From a virus (Duplodnaviria; Caudoviricetes), in IMG/VR virus record IMGVR_UViG_3300027693_000008, positions 1 through 45,511 of that record: DNA of 45,511 nt; one strand, written 5' to 3'. A program made the translations under genes and the position numbers. Below are positions 39,272 through 45,511 of the stretch, one piece after another. The notes under the pieces were generated by a model. That model did not search any database. It saw only the letters and a program-made list of their open reading frames with translations, and was not told where the DNA came from. Position 1 is the stretch's first letter. The number at the start of each line of letters is the position of its first letter.

Positions 39272-40954
39272 CTACCACTCGTCTAGATTGAACTGCGCCC
39301 TATACCTTGGCAACTGTTGCCCCGCCACATCGGGGGAATAGTCGCCATACCGCTGGCACCAAAAAGCAATCCGCAAAGAGTCGAATCTATCAGGAGACTT
39401 AGCTGGTTTTGGTACCTTAACCTTGTTCCCGGCAGTGTAGGACCACTGTATAGATCCTAATTGCTGTTTCAGAATCTCATCGTCTGGTATCTCTATCTCG
39501 TCATTGACAAATTCTCCGCGTAAAGACCACGCCATTTCGCTGTTCAGGTCAGCATACTCTTGGCGATCATCAGCGTCATCTGCGGGGACTCCGCCCTTGT
39601 ACTCTAAAACCTCAATTCCCCGCGCTTGCAGCACAGCAACCGGGGCCACTCCCACGCCAGGCTTGTCGATCCCGCAACTCCAGATTTCGTAATCCTCCAG
39701 CGTCTCTTCGATGAGAGGGGGAAGTTGCACCGCCGCAGTGCCGTCTACAATGCGCTGCTCAAGGAGTTTCGGCCCCGCCAAAACCGAAATGACCGAGAGA
39801 TTGCCTCCACCATCGGCAACGTCCACTCCCACAGCGAGCTTGTTGAAGTCGGGGAGAGTAATTTGAATGTCGTTCGCTTCTGCGTACTCGATGATCCTTG
39901 AGATGGCCTCGTTGCGTCCCACCGAACTCATCAGCGAGCGCCACTCATCGAACCCTAGCGCCTCGATACACCGTTGCCAGCCGTGACTCCTCTCTGCCGC
40001 TTTCTGGATGTCGTCCCACGGCAACAGGCCCCACTCGGACCCTTGAGGAAACTCACCTAGCACATGGCCGTCGTGATAAGGCGCACCTGGCCGAGTCTCG
40101 GGATCGGATTCAATCTTGGTAATCCACTCCATCCCCGCGAGGCCCGGTATGAGTTCCTTGAACTCTACTTCCCCATTTGGCAGCGTCTTGATGTACGGGT
40201 CGTCGGGATATTTGCCGGTCTCTTCCTTGATCCGATCGGCCCACAGGCGGTGAATGTAGTTCGGGGATTCCTTGGCGCTGATCTTGAAGACCTTGCGGTG
40301 CGCCGGGATCGGTAGTTGCTGCCCCTTGTACCACCATCCGGCTCTAACCAGTGGGTTGCCCTGCGCCAAGAGAACGTTGTGCGCTCCCGTGACGTTTCCC
40401 GTGATCATCTCATGCACTGAGTCAGGGATTCCGGGCGCTTCATCTACGATGAATAGCTGGTACTTGTTATGGAATCCAGACCAGCCCATCGCCTTGTCTT
40501 TCTCTCCGCGTCCCTGCCCAGCGTACACCCGCGCCCACCAGTCTGGAGCAAACTCGACGCGCTCCACCATCGGGTCTGGAATGCCAATCCCGTTCTTGCG
40601 GCACCAAGTACGGAGACGGTTGTACGTTCCAAGAAACTGCGACCAAGCCTGCGTCTTCGCCTGTTCCTTCTTAGTAGACAGGTACATCACGTAGCTTGGC
40701 TGGCGGCAGAACAGATATGCGTTCCCCGCTATTCCCGCGCCAAAAGTCTTCCCGCTACTATTCGATCCGCGGACGAAGACCTCATTCACCTTCGGCGTCT
40801 CAAACAAGGACCGCAGGATGTCCTCTTCGACAGACCACTTGCCCCACTTTCCTTCCGCTCTCAGCCTAATCCCGAGTTGATCCCGCAACAGCCTGAAGAA
40901 CGCCTCGGGGTTGTTCTTTAGACGAGAGAAGAACTTGGAAGCGGGGGTTTCCAC
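39272..40954 (-). CDS. terL: terminase large subunit
   Basis: Walker A GSNSSGKT, Walker B FIVDEA, GNP coupling motif, nuclease GVDVA and SPDRFDS. Confidence 0.95.
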   Translation of the reverse strand: METPASKFFSRLKNNPEAFFRLLRDQLGIRLRAEGKWGKWSVEEDILRSLFETPKVNEVFVRGSNSSGKTFGAGIAGNAYLFCRQPSYVMYLSTKKEQAKTQAWSQFLGTYNRLRTWCRKNGIGIPDPMVERVEFAPDWWARVYAGQGRGEKDKAMGWSGFHNKYQLFIVDEAPGIPDSVHEMITGNVTGAHNVLLAQGNPLVRAGWWYKGQQLPIPAHRKVFKISAKESPNYIHRLWADRIKEETGKYPDDPYIKTLPNGEVEFKELIPGLAGMEWITKIESDPETRPGAPYHDGHVLGEFPQGSEWGLLPWDDIQKAAERSHGWQRCIEALGFDEWRSLMSSVGRNEAISRIIEYAEANDIQITLPDFNKLAVGVDVADGGGNLSVISVLAGPKLLEQRIVDGTAAVQLPPLIEETLEDYEIWSCGIDKPGVGVAPVAVLQARGIEVLEYKGGVPADDADDRQEYADLNSEMAWSLRGEFVNDEIEIPDDEILKQQLGSIQWSYTAGNKVKVPKPAKSPDRFDSLRIAFWCQRYGDYSPDVAGQQLPRYRAQFNLDEW

Positions 40955-41187
40955 TACTCCCCCTCGTCGCCCTTCTTGGCCTCTTCCTTGCTAACCTTCT
41001 CTTTCAGCTTCCCAATCTGCTGAACGAACCACTCACACTGACTCGCCCCGTACTGGAGTTCCTTCGCGCTCACATGCTGCGTCCCGCCCTCGTCCGCAGC
41101 CGCAAGCATGTCCCTCTTCCGCGCCACAACCATCTTCTCCAGCGCAGTTAGCCTCGTGTTGATCGCATTCTTCGTCCCCAACAGCAT
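40954..41187 (-). CDS. hypothetical helical protein upstream of terL
   Basis: TAGTG coupling to terL; start uncertain; overlaps the 41033-41320 ORF. Confidence 0.45.
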   Translation of the reverse strand: MLLGTKNAINTRLTALEKMVVARKRDMLAAADEGGTQHVSAKELQYGASQCEWFVQQIGKLKEKVSKEEAKKGDEGE

Positions 41188-41320
41188 GAATGACCACCTC
41201 GTAGAACTTCCCCTCGATGAATTCACCCGTCTCCACATTGTCAAGCACTAGGCCAGCGCCTTCTAAGGCGAACACGGCGCAGTCTGGGATTGCAGAGACG
41301 CACTCAAAGACGCGGTTCAT
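41033..41320 (-). CDS. hypothetical protein
   Basis: ORF track; N-terminal half looks protein-like. Confidence 0.4.
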   Translation of the reverse strand: MNRVFECVSAIPDCAVFALEGAGLVLDNVETGEFIEGKFYEVVIHAVGDEECDQHEANCAGEDGCGAEEGHACGCGRGRDAACEREGTPVRGESV

Positions 41321-41477
41321 TAGCGCCGCACGTTGTAGTGAATTCGTATGGAGATGGATCGCTAGTCCCGGCAGGATTCTGGAACGGGACCGTTACGCTC
41401 TTGCAATCGCACGACGGCATCCATGGAGCAAGAGCCTTTCCACACAGCGGGCATACCCATCCGTAATTCGGGAACAC
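41304..41477 (-). CDS. 57-aa zinc-finger-like protein (GWxCPxCG...CDC)
   Basis: Manual translation MFPNYGWVCPLCGKALAPWMPSCDC...; AGGGGG RBS; paralog of 43656-43877. Confidence 0.7.
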   Translation of the reverse strand: MFPNYGWVCPLCGKALAPWMPSCDCKSVTVPFQNPAGTSDPSPYEFTTTCGANEPRL

Positions 41478-41486
41478 ATCAACCCC

Positions 41487-41858
41487 CTACTCCGTCAACC
41501 TCGCAATCTCCTGTAGCGCCGCCGAACTCAACTCATCTGCTCGCAGATCAATAGGCCAGATCAAGAGACGGCTGTTCCCCTCGGATAGTCCGCCACGCAC
41601 CGCGTACTCGCGGAACTTCTGGTACGCCTGATCTGCCGCATAGGCCATTGTGTGCTTCGACACCACCCGCTCGCCCTTCTCCGTCACAATGTCAATACAG
41701 AATCGGCCACCGCTCTCATACGGCTGGCCGACCTCAACAACGGAAAGAAGGCGACGACCGTAACTGATCGTCCACATACCACCACCCACTGATTCTCTTG
41801 GAATGACTACGATGGTTCGGCGTCCACTAACTCGGCCCAGCGAGTCAGAAAACGCCAA
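41487..41858 (-). CDS. hypothetical protein
   Basis: ORF track; true start probably about 30 nt downstream. Confidence 0.55.
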   Translation of the reverse strand: MAFSDSLGRVSGRRTIVVIPRESVGGGMWTISYGRRLLSVVEVGQPYESGGRFCIDIVTEKGERVVSKHTMAYAADQAYQKFREYAVRGGLSEGNSRLLIWPIDLRADELSSAALQEIARLTE

Positions 41859-42178
41859 GGCTTCGGATCTGGGTTCACTGGATCATACGAGCGAGGATCG
41901 GGCTGCGTATCACGCGCCCAATCAGCCTTGACGCCGTACACGGATAGATTCCCATTGTTTTGTCCGTCGTATGCGGATAGACTGCCATGGTTTTCGTTCT
42001 CTTCCTCCATGGCCCGCCGTGCTTGATCCCAAGTCTCCCAGACGCGCCCGCCGAGTTGGGTCACGACACGATCTTTCATCGTGATTCTCTTCGTGCCGAG
42101 CTTGCCGTGTCGCTGTAGAGGACGAAGCCTCTCCCGCTCCGCTCTAACACGTTCGGCATTGTCGTAAGTGTAAACCAT
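41807..42178 (-). CDS. hypothetical protein
   Basis: Start MVYTYD at 42178, 3 nt after the tRNA CCA; GG.VW.T and VYGV.ADW motifs. Confidence 0.6.
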   Translation of the reverse strand: MVYTYDNAERVRAERERLRPLQRHGKLGTKRITMKDRVVTQLGGRVWETWDQARRAMEEENENHGSLSAYDGQNNGNLSVYGVKADWARDTQPDPRSYDPVNPDPKPWRFLTRWAELVDAEPS

Positions 42179-42181
42179 ATC

Positions 42182-42258
42182 TGGGGCGGTCGGCGAGGAT
42201 CGAACTCGCGTCTCTGGGATCACAGCCCAGCGTCTTCGGCCACTAGACAACGACCACC
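42182..42258 (-). tRNA. tRNA-His(GTG)
   Basis: G-1, acceptor GTGGTCG/CGACCGC, D arm, CTGGG-CTGTGAT-CCCAG anticodon arm, GCGAG-TTCGATC-CTCGC T arm, C73, encoded CCA. Confidence 0.95.
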
Positions 42259-42334
42259 GTAAACCCTCAGTACGCTCGCATGGTCCGTCGACCGCTGCGC
42301 TTGGCGCTGAGGGAACCACCAAGCTGCGTTAATC

Positions 42335-42668
42335 TGGTGGAGGCGTCGGCATCCGAGAGCCGAGTCTTGCTACGGTCCCGCTAACGGCACTACGAGCGTA
42401 GTCCGCTGTTAGTGTCGCAACCGTTAGGCTACGGACGGCCACGGTTGCTATCGCGTATCCGGCCACGATGGCCGGATTCATTGCCGGTTTCGCCTACGCG
42501 CAGACTAGAACCGGGCTGCCAACTTCAGTGACGCCGTTCCCAAATACGTTGGCAATCTTCGAGACAGCGCCCCGCACAAAGGCGAGGAAGGTGTTCTTAG
42601 TGTTCACACTTGTTGTGTGGTTGCTCGCACCACTAGCGTTCTTCGCGCAATCGATCCCTGTCGCCCCC
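42335..42668 (-). ncRNA. ssrA: tmRNA
   Basis: 5' GGGGGCG pairs with 3' CGCCTCC-ACCA with G3:U alanine wobble; TCGA D-loop; GAC-TCGGC/GCCGA T arm; long helix 2 pairing; internal tag ORF ending at 42494. Confidence 0.9.
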
Positions 42669-42723
42669 AATCTCGTAATCGTTCCCGTTTTGGTTACAAG
42701 CGTACCCGAATCGGGAACGCCGC

Positions 42724-42912
42724 CTAGACGATTGGGTAATTGCTGATCTCCAGCGGCCCACAATGCAAGAGCCAGAATCCAGGCTCGCGCCAGATAAACG
42801 GCCTTAGAAACAGACACTCGCGGCAGAAACACCAGTGAACCCAGTACCGCCCAAGCCGCCAATGCCGAAGACCATAGAAAGCTACTGGCGGGCGCAAAAC
42901 AATCTCTCCCAC
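42724..42912 (-). CDS. small aromatic-rich hypothetical protein
   Basis: ORF track; overlaps the resolvase 3' end. Confidence 0.35.
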   Translation of the reverse strand: MGEIVLRPPVAFYGLRHWRLGRYWVHWCFCRECLFLRPFIWREPGFWLLHCGPLEISNYPIV

Positions 42913-43172
42913 TCGTCCAGCCGCATCACCACTAACGGCCCACGCCTGTTCCTCTTCACAAACAGCGCCTTGTTATCCCCCAGCCACTCCCACAGATACT
43001 CCCCAATCGACTCGCGGTTCTTGGCTTCGCACAGACCAAAACCAGCAATCTCGATGTCTCCAGGCTCATTCGGATCTCCGCCTGACAGAGGAATGCGGCG
43101 AGCGTTGATGCCATGGGCACGGAGATGGGCCACAATATCGTGTTCCAGTCTATATCCTTTCGTTCGGCTCAT
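42882..43172 (-). CDS. Hjc-like Holliday junction resolvase (PD-(D/E)xK)
   Basis: SRTKG...E, R.PLSG, GDI, EAK motifs; ATGA overlap. Confidence 0.85.
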   Translation of the reverse strand: MSRTKGYRLEHDIVAHLRAHGINARRIPLSGGDPNEPGDIEIAGFGLCEAKNRESIGEYLWEWLGDNKALFVKRNRRGPLVVMRLDEWERLFCARQ

Positions 43173-43687
43173 TCTCCCTGGCACTTCAACACCGCCCTCG
43201 CCAGCCGCTCATAGAAGTCTCGCGGGACTAGCGTATAGTTCATGTGCCCCGCGAGTGCTTCCGCCACCTCGAAGTCCACCCACTCATTGCAGAGACGATG
43301 CCTGTCCGCATCAAACTCATCCTGCATCGCCTCAACTTCATCCTCTAATGCTTTCGCAACTCTGGCAACATCTTGTGGCGATTCGTCTACACTTGTTGGC
43401 ATCTGTGCGCGTCTTGCCACGCTCTCCGTCACGAACCGCGCCATGTCTCGCGACCGACGCCACGGAAGGCGGAACTTGTCGTGTAGGATGCGCTCGATCT
43501 CCCACGGTCCCCTCTCGTCCCCCGCCATCCTCCATGCTATTCTCCACGGCGCGAGAACATCGTTGCGGAATGGTATGTCGTCATACGCATCTGGGGGCAC
43601 CGCCCTGTCTCCTCTTCGCAAGGCCGCAATCTTGCCTCGCGGGCTACGGAAACAGTTAAAGGGCAACCTCCGTAACGTTTTGCCCAT
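43169..43687 (-). CDS. hypothetical protein
   Basis: GAGG RBS; operon packing. Confidence 0.6.
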   Translation of the reverse strand: MGKTLRRLPFNCFRSPRGKIAALRRGDRAVPPDAYDDIPFRNDVLAPWRIAWRMAGDERGPWEIERILHDKFRLPWRRSRDMARFVTESVARRAQMPTSVDESPQDVARVAKALEDEVEAMQDEFDADRHRLCNEWVDFEVAEALAGHMNYTLVPRDFYERLARAVLKCQGE

Positions 43688-43877
43688 TTCGCCTCGCCTT
43701 CAGCCCGTTTCTCATAACCGCCCGCCAATCAGGATCGCCAGAAGGCAGATTCAGAAACTGAGGATCAACCGGGAGCGGATCGCCATCTTGTACCATGCAG
43801 TCACACTCTCTTACCCATGGGGCAAGACTCTTCCCGCATCGAGGGCAGATCCAGCCATATTCTTGCGCCACTTGCAC
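43656..43877 (-). CDS. zinc-finger-like protein (GWxCPxCG...CDC)
   Basis: YGWICPRCGKSLAPWVRECDC. Confidence 0.7.
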   Translation of the reverse strand: MQVAQEYGWICPRCGKSLAPWVRECDCMVQDGDPLPVDPQFLNLPSGDPDWRAVMRNGLKARRNGQNVTEVAL

Positions 43878-43887
43878 CTCAACAATT

Positions 43888-44061
43888 TATGCGGTTGGCC
43901 CGATTACAGCCGGGTAAAGCGCACACTCTGCCGCAAATACCCAACCATCCCGCGACCGCTGCATAGGCACGGGCCGAGCGGGGCAGATACTGTCTGGAAC
44001 CTAGTGTCGTGGTATCTCCAGACGCACAGCGATCACACTCACGCGACACCGCAACCGCACA
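43888..44061 (-). ncRNA. unassigned multi-pseudoknot structured RNA
   Basis: 10-bp closing stem TGTGCGGTTG/CAACCGCATA plus several internal helices paired by hand. Confidence 0.55.
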
Positions 44062-44067
44062 ATCTTC

Positions 44068-44176
44068 GATGGCCGGTCAGTCCCGCCCTGACTTGTCTAT
44101 GGCGCGGGCAACGCCGCCTAGACGTTCTCCCAAGTTGCCCAATTGGGGTGCTTCATCTCGCAGCACCGCAGCCATC
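44068..44176 (-). ncRNA. unassigned cloverleaf-like RNA with loop-loop complementarity
   Basis: Closing stem GATGGCTG/CGGCCATC, four arms, GGGCAAC/GTTGCCC loops. Confidence 0.6.
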
Positions 44177-44260
44177 TAGCTGACGATATAGGAGCGTGTA
44201 CCCTACACGGCCTACACGGGCAAGTCTCACACGGATGGACCCGAGTTTCGTCGTCAGCCA
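44177..44260 (-). ncRNA. unassigned three-way-junction RNA
   Basis: Closing stem TGGCTGACGA/TCGTCAGCTA starting about 10 nt after a TATAAT box. Confidence 0.5.
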
Positions 44261-44269
44261 TCTCTTGAT

Positions 44270-44299
44270 ATTATACCACACTACACCGCTCCCTGTCAA
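44270..44299 (-). promoter_or_regulatory. sigma70-type promoter with extended -10
   Basis: TTGACA-N18-TATAAT, TGTGG before -10. Confidence 0.85.
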
Positions 44300-44606
44300 G
44301 TCCCAACAAACATCCACTTCAGGTACACCGCGAGCGCAGCCAGGAAGATGAGCCACAGAAAAACGTTCACGCCTACCCTTCTTCTTTCCCCCGTCCCTCT
44401 TGGCCCTCGTCTACCTTCTGCTCGCGCATCTCAGACTTTCTCGCCAGCCAGCTATGACACTTACCGTTCAGCCTACACTTACGACATCGCGCTTCGTCTT
44501 CACAGAGGTCTTGTGGCAAGGGAGCCTCCAAATTCACTTAGACCGCCGTCTCCGCATCCTGCACCTAAGCCAGATGTCAAAACGAATGACCAAGTACCAC
44601 ATGCGG

Positions 44607-45008
44607 TTAGTGCGTTTCATTCGACATTGCGAGGACAAACGCGCGCGTGATGGCAAGCGGGGCGGTTAGTGCCCATACGTTCTCCGCGTACACGTAGTCT
44701 TCATCGTGGTCTAGCGGCAGTACGACGAAACCAACGTGCGTCCCAACGGGGCCAACCCCATACTCCTTCTCATACCTGCGCTCGATTCCGCACGGCATGG
44801 GAATGAGTTCAAACAGCTCCCACGCTGCCGCGATGTCGCGCGGGTAGTCGGGGATAGAAAGCGGGCCGCGTCCGTCCTTCCATGCAGCCGTTCGCCCAAA
44901 AGCCCATTCGCCAAGGCGTACTCCGTCTGGCCCGCTCCATCCCGCCAACTCTGCCGCGCGTATACGCAACTCCTCGTCCGTCAGCGCCATCACTTCGTCT
45001 CGCGTCAT
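44607..45008 (-). CDS. phage ABA-sandwich-domain-like protein
   Basis: EL...AE..GW, PDY.RDIAAAWEL and TAPLAI.RA motifs; GAGGAGG RBS. Confidence 0.75.
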   Translation of the reverse strand: MTRDEVMALTDEELRIRAAELAGWSGPDGVRLGEWAFGRTAAWKDGRGPLSIPDYPRDIAAAWELFELIPMPCGIERRYEKEYGVGPVGTHVGFVVLPLDHDEDYVYAENVWALTAPLAITRAFVLAMSNETH

Positions 45009-45022
45009 CGCCCCTCCTCTAT

Positions 45023-45108
45023 GTGGCGGCTGGCCGGGCTTGATACCGACTTACTATGCCTAGCAACCAGCGTTGGCTGTGCGTGTCCTTCCACGCCGCA
45101 GCCGCCAC
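45023..45108 (-). ncRNA. tRNA-like RNA lacking a normal anticodon loop
   Basis: 10-bp terminal stem, D-like arm, 4-nt-loop anticodon-like arm, variable arm, 5-bp T-like arm; begins just after the promoter. Confidence 0.65.
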
Positions 45109-45112
45109 CACC

Positions 45113-45141
45113 ATCATACCACACACAGAGACGAGTGTCAA
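45113..45141 (-). promoter_or_regulatory. sigma70-type promoter with extended -10
   Basis: TTGACA-N17-TATGAT, TGTGG before -10. Confidence 0.8.
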
Positions 45142-45184
45142 CTACCCGGAATCGCCGGAGGGTTCACGACCAACTCCAACACCC

Positions 45185-45367
45185 CTAGTCCGACGAGTCC
45201 CACGAATACGTGTATCGACAAATCTCGCACCACACCACATGCACACACCGCTCAAAATCGTCCTTGCGGTGAACTACATGCCCCTTCTGTTGACATTGAA
45301 CCACTATCTCGGGCTTCTCCCGCCACCCGTTCTCCCAGCCTAGATCAATCCACTCGTTATTGTTCAT
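45185..45367 (-). CDS. small zinc-binding-like hypothetical protein
   Basis: GGAGGAGG RBS; C...H...C..C pattern. Confidence 0.65.
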   Translation of the reverse strand: MNNNEWIDLGWENGWREKPEIVVQCQQKGHVVHRKDDFERCVHVVWCEICRYTYSWDSSD

Positions 45368-45511
45368 GGGCCGCCTCCTCCCCCTGGCTTAAGGCTGCCT
45401 TCAACAAACTGCGCTGCGCAATGGGGCACCATGGAGGGAAGCGCACTGATCCACCTAGACCGCGCAGGTCTGCCGGATAGTATGGTATCGTCCGCAGAGC
45501 TAGTTCCGATA

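Noticed and set aside
39830-40000. Possible intein in terminase
   Set aside because: Only a short helical insertion between ATPase and nuclease domains; no intein splice motifs (Cys/Ser start, His-Asn end)
42264-42313. SRP (4.5S) RNA
   Set aside because: Lacks the GNRA tetraloop and the CAGG/AGCAG symmetric-loop arrangement of SRP helix 8
42179-42322. N-terminal extension of the 171-aa ORF
   Set aside because: Runs through tRNA-His; the real start is more plausibly the ATG at 42178
42182-42360. Prophage attachment site at the tRNA or tmRNA 3' end
   Set aside because: No duplicated 3' fragment or integrase seen; phage-type genes continue on both sides
42494-42862. 122-aa minus-strand ORF as a normal gene
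   Set aside because: Overlaps the tmRNA; only its last ~37 codons make sense, as the tag reading frame
43242-44183. 313-aa plus-strand ORF
   Set aside because: Antisense to real minus-strand genes and the structured RNAs; no RBS or protein motifs
44245-44257. Hammerhead-like CTGACGA...GAAAC on the minus strand
   Set aside because: No stem II between the two core motifs, and CTGACGA is sequestered in the closing stem

Overview
The window is most of the late (morphogenesis) half of a long-tailed, siphovirus-type phage or prophage, transcribed almost entirely on the minus strand. Reading right to left: small hypothetical genes, an Hjc-type resolvase, an RNA-rich region, terminase large subunit, portal, three small membrane proteins, a MuF/gp7 head protein, protease-scaffold, head decoration protein, major capsid protein, a 1101-aa signal-peptide repeat protein, head-tail connectors, two tandem tail-tube genes, a glycosyltransferase/methyltransferase insert, G/GT tail chaperones with a -1 slippery site, a 2379-aa tape measure protein, tail-tip and fibre genes, then a separately promoted lipoprotein/membrane/phosphoesterase/HslV-like block. 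Three things stand out. (1) A candidate virion-glycosylation system: two Gly-X-Thr collagen-like fibres flank a GT4-GT2-TPR enzyme, two more GT-A enzymes plus a methyltransferase follow the tail-tube genes, and one tube copy has gained N-X-T sequons. (2) A phage tmRNA with an unusually long, non-canonical tag, next to tRNA-His. (3) A cluster of promoter-driven, highly structured, partly tRNA-shaped or pseudoknotted non-coding RNAs that I cannot assign to a known family. All family calls come from motif recognition by eye and all folds from manual base-pairing; no searches were run.
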